Positions 11,490 to 23,251 of a DNA stretch of 64,000 bases are shown here, piece by piece (within the stretch, counting starts at the first letter, position 1; each line of letters starts with the position of its first letter). A program made the translations under genes and the position numbers. Source of the DNA: Cladosporium halotolerans (Eukaryota); the NCBI RefSeq assembly GCF_011745625.1, contig NW_027191487.1:1-64000 (forward strand), written 5' to 3'. A model generated the notes under the pieces. It saw only the letters and a list, made by a program, of their open reading frames with translations. It had not been told where the DNA came from and made no database searches.

Positions 11490-11510
11490 CCCTACAATCT
11501 CGATCCTTTC

Positions 11511-11628
11511 ACATACGACCATAGGTCAGTGAAAACTGGGCATCCCGTCCGCTCTGCCATACATAAGCACTGAACCGGGCGACTAGTACTAGAGTGGGTG
11601 ACCATCTGGGAATCCCGCCTGTTGTATG
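11511..11628 (+). rRNA. Dispersed 5S rRNA gene
   Basis: Begins ACATACGACCATAGG, contains CATCCCGTCCGCTC, TAAGC and TAGTA..GTGGGTGACCA..GAATCCC, and ends CTGTTGTATG. It is 118 nt long, its ends are complementary (helix I), and an oligo-T follows. Confidence 0.95.
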
Positions 11629-11633
11629 TTTTT
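11629..11633 (+). terminator. Pol III oligo-T terminator of 5S gene
   Basis: TTTTT immediately follows the 5S 3' end. Confidence 0.75.
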
Positions 11634-11895
11634 GATTTTCCCAGTCTTTTTGGCAATCCATTGGAACGCAAGGATCACTGCCTCTCCGTCAAGCTCTGCG
11701 CAGCGTTACAACGAGAACTTCACCATGAGAGCTTCACGGCTGTCTGCTCCACGACGCAGCACCATGTATGGAACGGAGAATTTGGTCGTGCCAAAGTACA
11801 TGGACACCCAATTCGAGACTACAACGCGCTCCAATCCAACTTTCGCCTCATCCACTACAATACACGACTTCATCTACCCAGACTTTTCATCCAGC

Positions 11896-12830
11896 TCAGA
11901 CGTTGATCTCATGCATCCAGACCTCTTGCTCCGCCCTCGCACTAAATGTACTGATCCTCAAGATATCCTGCATCTGCGCATTGCTCACAAATAGCACATT
12001 CCTGGCAATGAAGAACCGGATCCCCTCGCGACAAGGCGGGCTGGTAAGGCTGCCACGATAAGTCCACATCTCGCGGAAATCGCCCGCCTCTCGCAACGCT
12101 GCTGCCGGAGTGGACATGCCGGTCATGCGGGTGTCGGTGTTGTTGAAGTTGGGGAAGAGCTGGCTTCCACCGGTGGTGTCGCTGTTGGAGCTGTTGAAGG
12201 GAGCCTGGGCGAAAAAGTCCGAATAGCTCAGGATGCCCGGGTCGATACGGATAGCGAGGACGGCGCGTTCCAGGCCATTACGGTCGAGGTGAACGAGGTG
12301 GAGTTCAGCCTTGGAGCGGTCCTGCTGAACGGAGTGGTCGGCGGGGGTGTGGACGTGCCATCCTTGGAGGTAGACGGTCTCGTTGATGCCGTTCTCGTCG
12401 AAGGTGAAGTTGGGAGCGTTGAAGTCGACAGTGCAGTTGACGGCCGTGGAGCCTTGGAGGCAGTTCTCATTGTCCAGGCGGAAAGCTGGGCCATAGCCCC
12501 AGTTGTAGTATTGTCCACTGATCTCGCCGGAGTAGTTGAGTCGAGGGATGTGCGCGGTTGATAAGCCTTGCTGTAGATTCAGAGGGATCGGAGCCTGCTG
12601 CATGCCCGTCTGACATAGCTCGTAGTCTTCGGAGAGTTTGCCCCAGTCTTGGCTTTCATCGTAGGACCAAACTGTCACCGATCAGAAACATGGACCGGTA
12701 TCCACATTGCTCCTCCGTAAGTCTTACCAGCACCCCCCGTGGCTCTCTTGTGCAGCTGGTAGGTAGGACCTTCGCATGCAAGCGCCGCTGCTCCGAACAG
12801 GGCGACGCGCTTGAGAGAACTGACAGCCAT
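11896..12830 (-). CDS. Secreted alpha-class carbonic anhydrase (1 intron)
   Basis: Exon 1 is MAVSSLKRVALFGAAALAC..KRATGGA, spliced to VWSY. Motifs: CQTGMQQAPI, WHVHTPADH and ELHLVH (Zn ligands), and YRGSLTSPPCREG. Confidence 0.9.
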
Positions 12831-14310
12831 TGAGTGTGATTGTGATTCAGCAGTTGGTGCTGCTCCGTGTTGGTAGGTCGGAGAGAGCTCAAGTGGCAGG
12901 AATAGAAGTGCCCAGTGAATATGGATTCAACAAACCAAACTGGCGGCACTTTATAGAGCTGCGGTATTTTGAGGTCGTCTGCTACAGCGTGTACCAAGGC
13001 TCCGACCCCAAGGTCGATGCGGTACTTCATTCTGGACAAGCAGACCAGGCGGCCTTGGAACAACTGCGCCTCGCGGTGCTTGCCGGGTGCACAGTGTTGA
13101 TTTGTATGGTGCGAGTCAGCCGTGTTGGAAATTCCGGGAGGGCTCATTACTTAGCCTTCGCGCATAAAGACTGCAGCGGCAGCTAGGAAGAGTAGCGGAA
13201 TGAAGCGGGACCTGTATAAGTCACGCCCCGATCTCCATTCCTTGTTCACGGGCAGCATAGCAATCGGGATGGATTGGATCCATTTCGACCAAGCTGGTAG
13301 GTAATCACAAACTTCCTTCACTTGATAACGTTCATCCAAGAAGAAACGTCTTTTCGGCGTGCACGTAACAGCATCGCCATCCGAGCAAGAAGCCTGGCCT
13401 ACCAGTGACCATGCCCAAGCCTTGAAACATGCTCAGGCTACGCACAAGATTCTCTAGCACATGAGAACGACGCCCAACTGCTCATAGCGGCGGTATGTGA
13501 CGGGATGAAGTCTGCTTGGCAAAAGTGCGGAGCGTGAAGGCACGCGCCAGTTCCCGTGGCGGAGCAGCTTTCCAAGGCACTTCCCCAGACACATTCGCGT
13601 CTTGGCCTCAAACTCCTTCCGCCCGGCGTGCCTGGATCCTTGATCCGGGCGCGTTCGCAATGATGGCTTTCACTTGGCGTTCGAAGACTCCAGAGCCATG
13701 AAAAACGCTCCGCCGGTGGCTGAATGCATTGCGAGAATGTTTCCGGCTCTTTGAAGTCGCCACAATACGTCCTCGCGCCAGGTGCCGAGGTCTGTCGCAG
13801 GCCTGATCCCGCTCGTCTGCAGCGCCTCGCACCGGAAGGTCAGACAGGCCATCAAAAAAGTAGAGCATCTATCTAGATCTCTCCAGGAACGCATGTCGTT
13901 GCCTTGTGATGTTTGACATGCAAGGCTTTGACTGTAATGTAAACCGTTTCCGTCTCTACCGCCGTATCATTGACACTTGCCCACGATATATAGTCTATTA
14001 CAGATCAGCAATGGCCTCAGCAGTGGGAGAATCAATTTCTTAGGGGAGCCGTTACGGCCTGTGTTTCAACGACGAGCAGGCAAAAAATGCGCTCGCTACT
14101 AAAGGCAGCGCACTTCGTGGCCATGCATCAGGCTTCGCCGCAGCTCACGCCGCAATCCCACCAGTTACGCCACCATCGACCATTTTCAGGTGAGGCTGAA
14201 GCAGCCTTGTCATCACTATATGAACATCAGAATACCGACGTGGGTCTACGCCTCTAGTCCACGCAAGACACGCCAGACAAAATCTCCGCCTTAACGGCAA
14301 CCTGCGATCG

Positions 14311-15948
14311 ATGGGCATTTGGAGCACAACCATGGCACCTGCCCAGAACTTCACTATACCATCCGGATGGACTGACCACGGAGTGAAAGGTCTTGTTTGC
14401 AGGCCAACGGATTGGACGACAATGGCAAGCTTTTTCATCTCGAACTACATCGCTCATGCGTTTACCATCAAGAAGACGCCAGGTCAATCTACCGCCAATT
14501 ATGTGGCAGCCATGTTCATAGCATTTTGTTATCCTTCGTTTGGTGTCTCACGTGCGTTGGAAACGCTGATCTATTGCACCGTATTGCCTTTTTGCGACAA
14601 GCCTGATGGACTGCAACAAGCGCGAGAAGACGATGCGCTGTGCATGCTCGTCCGGTCTAGGACCTGGAAGCCCCGACAAGGAGATATACTACTGCAACTG
14701 GTTGATAATGCAAGGTATGACCTTGGCATCCCAGTGCAAGCCCGAGAAACCGGTGCCTCCAAGTACAAAATCTATAGTCCGGACTACCTTCACCGAGCGG
14801 CCAAAGGTTCGGGCTCATTCGATTCGATCAAGGTCTCCCTAGCCCCTGTTGGGCGTGGGCGCTCGATACATGGCATACATGAACTACCACCGGGCGGGGA
14901 GTACGAATTTCTCATCGTTCCGGTCAATGCAGAAGTTCATCCCCTTCATACCCAAGCGGGTGATCTCGGTGGGCCATGCAAGCCGATGGCGGCTTCGAAG
15001 ACTGCCCTGCCGGTCTTAATCGCGCTCTACCAAATCTGCTATGGAAGTGTCTCTCTTTATCGTGCTCGAGGAGATCAAGTCGATCTATATGGATATGCCG
15101 CTTTCGGTCTGACGGTAATTCCGTACGTCCTCATGGCAGTCATCAATCTGCTAGTGCAGCTGTTGTCGAACGATTACCCCGACCTGTACATGATCCACAC
15201 ACTGGAAATGGATGAAGCTATAAAGCGCGGCGGGCGCTTTGAAGGAGTTGTGGGAACCGTGCATCCACCTGAAACCCAAGATCCGGATGACAACGATGTG
15301 TTAGAAGAGAGAGAAGACATCCCCGTACAATGGTGGAAGGTAATGTCTACTTCAGTGGCTGACAACCGGGAGCTTTTCACGCTTGAGAGAAGCGGCGGGC
15401 GATATGAAATTGGTCCAGAAACGATTACTATTACCCAAGAGACGGGCAATGGCAATGTTCGACAGCTCAGTGCCCCAGACCTCACCATTCCCTGCTTCTC
15501 GGACTTCCCTCGGCGACGCCACCGGAGAAACGGACCTCTGTTCTGCAACGATGCTTACGAATCGTTTAACGGTGAACCTAGCGCCAGGCTTGTCGGCTTC
15601 CTGGGCCAAGTATATGGCTCCATTCTCATCAATGGTATATCAATCGCCATAAATGCCGCTGTCAGCCGTTTCCGAAACGGTACCGATTCGATTCGATTAC
15701 AACGCGTATTCATTTTGACCTGGATAGTTTGGAATTGCATCTACGGCCAATTCGGAGATCTCATCTTGAGGTTATGGACGGTCTATTCTCATGCGTACTC
15801 GCGGTCGAGCTCAATCCTGGACAAGACGTTTGTTCTGTCACGAGCCTTGCTTTTCCACGCGGTTTGGTTCTTACCCGCCATAGGCGGTATGGTGATCGCA
15901 GGCCTTGAAATGGGAGATTACGGATCTTGCATCCGCATCGCGACATAA
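14311..15948 (+). CDS. Uncharacterised multi-pass membrane protein (start may be 14332)
   Basis: 545-aa intronless ORF. Hydrophobic segments include FFISNYIAHAFT, YVAAMFIAFCYP, GYAAFGLTVIPYVLMAVINLL and FLPAIGGMVIAG, separated by long soluble loops. No family recognised. Confidence 0.75.
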   Translation: MGIWSTTMAPAQNFTIPSGWTDHGVKGLVCRPTDWTTMASFFISNYIAHAFTIKKTPGQSTANYVAAMFIAFCYPSFGVSRALETLIYCTVLPFCDKPDGLQQAREDDALCMLVRSRTWKPRQGDILLQLVDNARYDLGIPVQARETGASKYKIYSPDYLHRAAKGSGSFDSIKVSLAPVGRGRSIHGIHELPPGGEYEFLIVPVNAEVHPLHTQAGDLGGPCKPMAASKTALPVLIALYQICYGSVSLYRARGDQVDLYGYAAFGLTVIPYVLMAVINLLVQLLSNDYPDLYMIHTLEMDEAIKRGGRFEGVVGTVHPPETQDPDDNDVLEEREDIPVQWWKVMSTSVADNRELFTLERSGGRYEIGPETITITQETGNGNVRQLSAPDLTIPCFSDFPRRRHRRNGPLFCNDAYESFNGEPSARLVGFLGQVYGSILINGISIAINAAVSRFRNGTDSIRLQRVFILTWIVWNCIYGQFGDLILRLWTVYSHAYSRSSSILDKTFVLSRALLFHAVWFLPAIGGMVIAGLEMGDYGSCIRIAT

Positions 15949-16311
15949 ATTAGGCGGTCGCCAGAATTGTCACAAGAGAAGCTATCAAAATTTCTTGCTT
16001 GTCCCGCGAAGATTCTCAGCGGCTCACTGACCAAATTTAGACGTTGGCCTGAGAAATAGTAGCTCTCTATACTTTGACTACGCACGAGATGAGTCTGATC
16101 TGCGGCGAAGCAGCGTGCTAAACGCACGCAATGTATGATGAAATATGTGAGCATTCCTCATATTGATTCGTATAAATCCCATCTTGCAGAGCCACCTCGC
16201 TCGTCATCGCCCTCGTAATGACTTTTTGGGTGCTTCTTGGTCAGATACAGAATGCTAAGAAGCGACATAGATGGATGCACATGCCCAATCAGTAGATGCT
16301 TGTTCACCTTA

Positions 16312-17850
16312 TCACCTCTCTTCATCGCCAACCACCTTGATCTTATGATGCAAATCTCCCTCCGCTCTCTCCGGGAGCCACCTAACACTCACATTCAGCA
16401 TCACCGCCATAGCTATTAAGATGATCCAGCCGAGTTGACCATGCAACCAACCGCCTTTGATGCCAAGAGCGTACAAGCTCGTCATGCCGACAGGAGCCAC
16501 AGCTCTCAAACCACTGTTGACGGTCAAAGCAACAGCATTCAGCGTGGCAAGTGTTCCAGGGCTCGGCGCAACATCGTTGAGACAAAGCTGCACGCAGGCA
16601 AACGACATCGCAACTCCGCTGCCGAAGAACGTGCAGACGGCACCCAGAGTCCAGAAAGCGGCCTGCAGATCGGCGCGACGCAGCTCATTGAGGATAGGAT
16701 AGCAGGCCATCATGAAGGGCCACGCGATACAGCAGCCGCGGAGGACGGTGCCGGTGCTGGTGCGCCGCTGCAGGTATGGGAAAGCCAGCAGCATCCACAG
16801 CGCCTGGCTCGCGCCGGCTAGAGCAAGAGCGAGAGAGATAAGTTTCGGTGAAAAGCCCAAACCGCCCAGGTGGATAGGGGTGTATTGCGCGACGGGGTTG
16901 ACGGCAGTGTAAGCAAGGGCCTGCAGCATCACGTGGCTGTATATATATATGACGATTGCGATGCCCGGTGCCTTAAGCAGCTCCCGGGTGGTCGTTTCCG
17001 GCGGTGGCGGTCCCGCAGCAGAACTCCTGCTCGGCAATGTCTCGTCAAGACAGAAGTAGCTTACGATTGCCGTGCTGAGGCAAAACGCGCCAGATACAAA
17101 GCCGGGTAAAGCGTATGGATATTTTTCAAAGAAACGGACATCCTGGAAGATACTGTACTGAGAAGCTGGGTTCGCCAGAGCACCACCGAGAGCAGGTCCG
17201 AAGAATATGCCGAGATTCCTCGCGAACATGAACCACCCGAAAGACTTCGCTTGCGTCGCCTTGGTGCTGTTTTCGCTCAGCATTGCACGTATGGTGACTG
17301 AGCTTCCGGCGAATAGACCAGCCAGGCATCGGAAAACGATCATTTGCCAAAGAGTGGAGCTCAAGCCGAACAGCGCTGACGCGACCGCAATGCCAGCCAA
17401 GGAAAATACCAAGACTGGCTTGCGACCGAGACGGTCAGCTATCCGGCCATACACTATGATCAGCAGCATCTGGACGAGCGAGAAAAGGGATTCGATGGTG
17501 CCCGTCCAGAACCCGACGTTCTGGGGAAGCTGGTGACCAACCCGCTCGACCATTTCGTTGATGTATGGGAAGATGATGAAAAAGGCCACAGGCTCGACAA
17601 CGCTGGCATAGCATAGCGTTAGGATCTGCCAGTGTGGAAAGTCTTTTTCCTCGTCGATGCTGTTGCTGGCTCTATGCGATGGAAGTTCCGCTGATGATGA
17701 AGACTTTGCACCATCCCCATCTTCTGATGTGGCCGAAACCGTTTTGCTGCTAGATGGCCTGTCCGAGGTGGACAACAGGGGCGCTCTCTCGTCTGCAACA
17801 TCCTCTGAGGCTGTCCTTCTCTGAGCTCGTGGATGGTTGTGCGTGGACAT
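16312..17850 (-). CDS. MFS transporter (ZIFL/tetracycline-exporter-like)
   Basis: About 12 TM segments, MFS motif A (YGRIADRLGRKPV), FRCLAGLFAG, and an N-terminal ERAPLL dileucine-like sorting motif. The first ATG is at 17850; 17868 is TTG. Confidence 0.88.
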   Translation of the reverse strand: MSTHNHPRAQRRTASEDVADERAPLLSTSDRPSSSKTVSATSEDGDGAKSSSSAELPSHRASNSIDEEKDFPHWQILTLCYASVVEPVAFFIIFPYINEMVERVGHQLPQNVGFWTGTIESLFSLVQMLLIIVYGRIADRLGRKPVLVFSLAGIAVASALFGLSSTLWQMIVFRCLAGLFAGSSVTIRAMLSENSTKATQAKSFGWFMFARNLGIFFGPALGGALANPASQYSIFQDVRFFEKYPYALPGFVSGAFCLSTAIVSYFCLDETLPSRSSAAGPPPPETTTRELLKAPGIAIVIYIYSHVMLQALAYTAVNPVAQYTPIHLGGLGFSPKLISLALALAGASQALWMLLAFPYLQRRTSTGTVLRGCCIAWPFMMACYPILNELRRADLQAAFWTLGAVCTFFGSGVAMSFACVQLCLNDVAPSPGTLATLNAVALTVNSGLRAVAPVGMTSLYALGIKGGWLHGQLGWIILIAMAVMLNVSVRWLPERAEGDLHHKIKVVGDEER

Positions 17851-18400
17851 CTCACGAGAAAGCGGCAACGAGTTCTGGATCCGCTCGCACAGGTCCCGAG
17901 GACATGGATTTGAGCCCAGAAATGAGATTCGTAGCGATGGGACTTAGTTATGCCTCGAAAGAGTGGCTGTGCCAGACAGGAAGGGTCGGTTGTCAATGGC
18001 TGGGTGGGCTGTCGCGGCACGCAAGCGAGCAATCAATGTAAGCCACGGCCACGGCAGTGCATGAGAGACGGCGAAATCACTGGAAGCACTTCCTGCTGCG
18101 GTGGAACAAGGACATAGACTCCCGTCGGAGGATTTTGTCTGGAACTTGCCCCCGGAGAAACTCCCCATTCAGGCGCAGTTTTGCGGGTTCGAAGACAACT
18201 GCACGCAAAGATTGCGGCCTCACATTCCAGGTTTCCACCTTCCTTGTTGGGAAAGAGACGGATGCCGCAACGGGCCCTGGCTGCCTGAGGCCCAAATATC
18301 TGGAGAAGGGCCGACGGCCGAGCCTGAGCCTGGAATTTTAGGAACTCGCCTAGCGCGCTACCTGAATGGAACAAATCAAACCTGCCCAACAGAACACAAG

Positions 18401-19294
18401 ATGTCTGAAGACGCAGCACCCACGATCTCGCGAAAGGAGAAGCGCGCTCAGCGCGATGCCGAGCGTGCCAGCAAATTCCAGCGCAGTAAGAAGAGAAAGG
18501 TCGAGGACGAGCCCGCACAGAATGAAGATGGCGCCGAAGTGAAGGACGACCTGCAAAAGGACTTCATAGCACTCCCCGAAGCCGATGCCGATGCGACTGG
18601 AACGGAAGCTCCCTCGGAATCCAAGAAGCGGAAAAGGTCGCAGCAGGAGCCCGCCGCAGAGCAGGAAGAGACGACAGCATCGACAACGGCGACTGCGCCC
18701 GCTCCCAAAAAGAAGCGCAAGGCGAAGTCTGAAGGAGCAGACGGCGAGAAACAGCCTCCCGCGAACCAACGCTTTATCGTTTTCGTAGGAAATCTTCCAT
18801 ACAGCACGACAGACGATTCGCTGCAGATTCACTTCAAGAGCTTACAACCCTTCACGCTGCGACACCGCACAGATCCTAAGACGAAGAAGAGCAAAGGCTT
18901 CGCATTTCTGGAATTCGAGGGCTACGATCGCATGAAGACCGCACTGAAGCTCTTCCATCACTCATATTTTGACCCCGAAGCACCGGAAGGCCTGAAGGCG
19001 CAGGAGCCTGAGCCGCAACCCAAGGGTTTTGGCAGAGGAAGGGCGAAGAAGCCGCAAGGCCGGAAAATCAACGTGGAGCTCACGGCCGGTGGAGGTGGAG
19101 GCAAAGACAATAGAAAGGAGAAGATCAGGGTGAAAAACGTGCGACTGGAGGAGCAGAGAGAACGTCGGGCTGATTTTGAGAAGAAAGAGAAGATGAGGCA
19201 GGAACGTAAGGAAGGCAAACAGAAGGGCGAGGCGGCGCCAGCGGCTGCAGAGATGGAAGGCATACATCCTAGTCGTCTGGCAAACATGCGATGA
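18401..19294 (+). CDS. Nucleolar RRM protein (Nop6-like)
   Basis: RNP2 (FIVFVGNLPY), RNP1 (KGFAFLEF), RKINVELTAGGGG, K/E-rich tails and terminal GIHPSRL. The ATG at 18401 is the likely start. Confidence 0.85.
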   Translation: MSEDAAPTISRKEKRAQRDAERASKFQRSKKRKVEDEPAQNEDGAEVKDDLQKDFIALPEADADATGTEAPSESKKRKRSQQEPAAEQEETTASTTATAPAPKKKRKAKSEGADGEKQPPANQRFIVFVGNLPYSTTDDSLQIHFKSLQPFTLRHRTDPKTKKSKGFAFLEFEGYDRMKTALKLFHHSYFDPEAPEGLKAQEPEPQPKGFGRGRAKKPQGRKINVELTAGGGGGKDNRKEKIRVKNVRLEEQRERRADFEKKEKMRQERKEGKQKGEAAPAAAEMEGIHPSRLANMR

Positions 19295-19556
19295 TGTGAG
19301 GATACTGAGTGGTGATGAGAAGCGAGGTTTTGGTATTGTGTACATTGCCCTTTTCAAGGCTTGTAATATTGCGCGAGAAATGCGCGCTGAGATTTACGCA
19401 CTTCACACCGCCATTGTCATGGAAGCGGATATCTCCACTGCATATCCTAACCCTACTTTACAGTGCAACAACTCTCGTAACTCTCGTGCCCTCGGGTATG
19501 CATCGTCCACCAGAATGCCTTGAAAACATTATCGTACAGTGTGCCTCTCTATTCAA

Positions 19557-20096
19557 TTAGTCCCAGCTGCGGCCCCGTTAGCTCCAAGTCTGCGAAATCA
19601 GATATGTTGGGAAAGATAGTTCATACCCGTGCTCGGTCTGCCTCACAATACCGCCGCGGTTTCCTGTCTGCTTTCCGGTCTTGCCGCCTTCAACGACTAA
19701 CCGGTCAAGCTGGAAGAATTGTGACACCACTGTCTGTCTCTGCGCGCAAAGAAACGTCAGCATTGAGCTCGATAACTCATCCTGCCGGAGGTCGTCGGGA
19801 AAGAAGGCAGATGGACAGGGCCAAGTCGTCAGATTCGGCTCAATCGTTGTGCCTCCTCCAGACGGTCGTTCAAGGTTCCCACAAAAAATAGATCGTCAAC
19901 CCACCTTCATGCCTTGCAGCTCCTTCAGACCCTTCTGCATCAGCTCCTGCACTTTGCGCCCATCGCTCTCGCCGATGTGTTCCCTGAAAGCGTCCCGTGT
20001 CCTCCTCTTGGCGTACTCGCGGAAGTTATAGGCGGCGAACTGGTTGCTCTGGCGCAGGAGGGAGCGAAAGAGGGAGCGGGCTTCGAAGGCGGACAT
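19557..20096 (-). CDS. ISD11: LYR-motif protein Isd11/LYRM4 (Fe-S cluster biogenesis, Nfs1 partner); 3 exons
   Basis: Exons 20096-19905, 19739-19627 and 19566-19557 give [55 protein letters not shown]. Confidence 0.9.
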
Positions 20097-20589
20097 GGCG
20101 GGCTGTGTGGTTGCCCTGGCGGGAGCTCTGGGTAGTGTCGGTGTTATTTGAGATGAGGTCCAGAAACTTAGACGATCCAGATATTAACCCAAGGCCGGTC
20201 CGGATTCCCGTCAAAAGTGTGCGGTGGGCGTTTGGAGGTGGAAGATGGGATGCGGCGTTGGCTTGATGTCACCACGGCAGAAGCGACAAATCTGAAGGTC
20301 GGATCTGGGGCGGCTGGCGTAGGGTCGCACGGGCCGATGCGTCCACGGCGCAAGGCCCCCGGTCAGCGCAGCCCGACCTCACGTCGCGCGAGGCGCACGC
20401 GTTGCTCTGGCAGAACCGTCATCGGGGAACCGCATCTGCTTGACTACGGCATCCATTGCTCTTGAGCCAGACCACAATTTATCGCAGGACGAATCTGCTT
20501 ACCATCCCAGCGGTAGACCGCGGAGATACCGTTCGACACAGCTCGCAAACCGCCTCGGCGCATCTTGCGAGCGCCTCCATTCCGGGAAC

Positions 20590-22684
20590 ATGGCCGCGGT
20601 ATGTCATTCTTTAGCCCTTCTTTGCGCATGAAATCATTGGACTGCGGCATCCAAGTCTCGTACAGCAATTTATCTGATGTAAACGCGCTGCGCATTCGCA
20701 AGTGCATTGTCATCTCAACCTCGGTCCATCAAGCGCGACGCCATCGAGTCCACCACAGAATCGGCGATCTTTCTAACACGCGATTCTCCAGTACCGACCC
20801 CCAGGTCGTTCAGGCCGATCGGGACGCACTCAAGCAGACAACGATATCTTTGAAGGCCTACCTGTGAAGCAATGGTCCAGCGCGCCCAGCCGCATTTCTC
20901 TTGCGCCTCCGCCCACCGAAGCGGAAATCGAGAAGGCGCACGACAAGTGGGCCGACCCTGCAATGCCCGAGAACTTCCAATTGCTACTCCCTCACACTCA
21001 GCAGCTTCTGCGCATCGCTCGGAGCGGAAGGTATGGCACCAAGCGCAAGACGGCGCCGGACGCCGAACCGGATGCGGACGACTTCAACGCACGCGATGAG
21101 GAAGCGCTTCCTGACGACATTCTCGCAAAGCCCACGCAGACGGAGGAGAAGGGCTTCGTCGCGAGGAAGTGGCGACAGGTGCCTGAGGCCGCCCTTGTGC
21201 CGGAGCATCTGCACTGGGAATTCCTGGCGAAGCGACGAAAAGGCCTGTCCAACTTTTATCACGGAGGCGGCACTGAGATCTCCAGCGGCGGCATGCCGCA
21301 GATCGCCAAGCGCAAGACCCGCGTGCAGAGAGTCCTCGACCCTGCCACCGGCGAGAGCGTAATCTACGAGGTATTAGCTCTTGAAGGTCAGGTGCTCGAG
21401 AACGAGCTTCCGGCAGATTCGCAGATGCAGGCCGTGCGCTTGGAGCCAGGGACGACGGTCGAGGGGCTCGGAACTGCCGACGATGAGGGTCTCATTAGTC
21501 TCGTCCCTGCTAACCCAGCTGCTGCTTCACGGCGGAATAGGCCTCCCCCGAAGAAGAAAGGTGGGCCTGGTAGAGGCAAGAAGCGCGTCACATTCACGAA
21601 CCCGGACGGCAGCACTTATACCACCATTGTGCCAAATGCGACCAAGATTGTGCCTCAGCCCGGGCAGACTGTCAAGCACGTTGCCAAAGGCGAAGACGCT
21701 GGTAGGGATGTCTCGATGGAGGAAGCTGCGAGGCTGGCGCATGAAAATGGTGGAGAAGTTGGGGAAGGTGACGATGAAGGTGACGATGACGACGAAGGGG
21801 ACGAGGGTGATGAGGATGACGACAGGGAGGACGGCGAAATCCCCGATGACGATGCTGAAGTTGCCACTACTCCTGCGAAGAAGGCGTCAGCTGAGCCGAA
21901 AACTGTCGCACCCGAAGCTGTTCCCGTTTCAACTGAGCCAGTCGAGGCTCCGCCTGCACCGATGGACCTTACACAGCCGAGTCAGACTACACACGACAGC
22001 GCACCCGCGACCGTGCCACATGCCGACACTGACATCGAGATGGAAGATCGTCCATCGGAAGCCCAACCGCCACAACCGGAGGTCGAGGACGAGCTATTGG
22101 AGAAGTCTGTACCTGAGGAAGCCATTGCGAAAGAGCCTTCTCAACCAGCCGAGGGTCCTCTTCCCGTTCCTGAACCGGAGTCCATGGAAGGCATCACAGA
22201 GAGCGGACCCGCGCCCGAGTCTGAGTCTGCTTCGAAGGAGGACGAGCCTGAGGAGTCTGTGAAGAAGGAGTCGCCAGTGGATGAGCCTCTCTCACATGAT
22301 GCTACTCAAGAAGTCCCCTTGTCGGAGAAACCTGCACCGGAAGGGCTGGCGCAACATGAGCCGACAGCACCGGAGCCTGCAGAGAGGCCTGCCGTCGAGG
22401 CAGTTGCGCCTCAGGCAGAAGAGACGACACCTGAGCCAAAAGTTGAACAGCCAGCTTCTATTGATGCCGAACAAGAGTCAGAGAGCGTAGAGCAACCTGC
22501 GGTCGCAGAGGCCGCCGTCTCAGAAGATGTGGCGCAATCTGGATTGCAAGACAACGAGAAGCAAGCAGAAGAAACTGAAGCGGCAAGTGAAGAAACCGAG
22601 AAAAAGCAGACGGGAGCGGAGGAAAAGCCAAAAGAAGGCGACGAGGATTTGCTAGGTAGTCTGGAGAGATCTTTGGAAGGGTAG
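20590..22684 (+). CDS. Uncharacterised fungal protein with basic N-terminal region and long acidic/Pro-rich disordered tail
   Basis: A 9-nt exon 1 (ATGGCCGCG|GTATGT) and intron 20599-20791 lead into the in-frame exon YRPPGRSGR..DIFEGLPVKQW. It has an NLS-like RRNRPPPKKKGGPGRGKKR and D/E tracts. Confidence 0.75.
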
Positions 22685-23251
22685 CCGTTATCAAAAGGCC
22701 TAGGGTCAACGAGAGATGTTATCTGTACAATACCATGAAACAGCTGTATATTGCAAAGATTGAGATAATCACATGAGGAACTCTTGCAACATCATCCGCA
22801 ATTGCATCGCCTTCATTACCGGTAGGTCGTCAAAGCACCAACGCATGCTTCAGTGGACAGAGGGCGAACGGACCAGGTCCGGCTCCAGAAAGCGGCGCAG
22901 TGACGTGTGGAGGAGAGTGGACGGAAACGCCTCAGGCCCGCAAGTCGCCCCCCAGTTCGTCACAGCCACTGAAGACGCGAAGCTCCGAGGCGACAGCTTT
23001 GAGTGCAGCTCCCGCGGGTTGCGATCTTGCTATATTTCTCGCCCACTTGACATATACTGCTCTTTCGCTTTCTGTATACCGGTGGCGCACGGCTCGACCA
23101 CCTTTACAACTGCCAGCGCAGCGCGTCTCCAGTGACTGAGGTGGTCAGACTCCGCCGTTCGGCCATTGGGCACCGCTTCCCGCCCTAATCGCACGACTCC
23201 CTCCGTCCACAACTCTCGACAACGACACCGTCAACACTTTGATTGCCCAAC

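Noticed and set aside
18101..18400. 100-aa N-terminal extension of the RRM ORF
   Set aside because: It starts at GTG and is not protein-like. The ATG at 18401 has good context.
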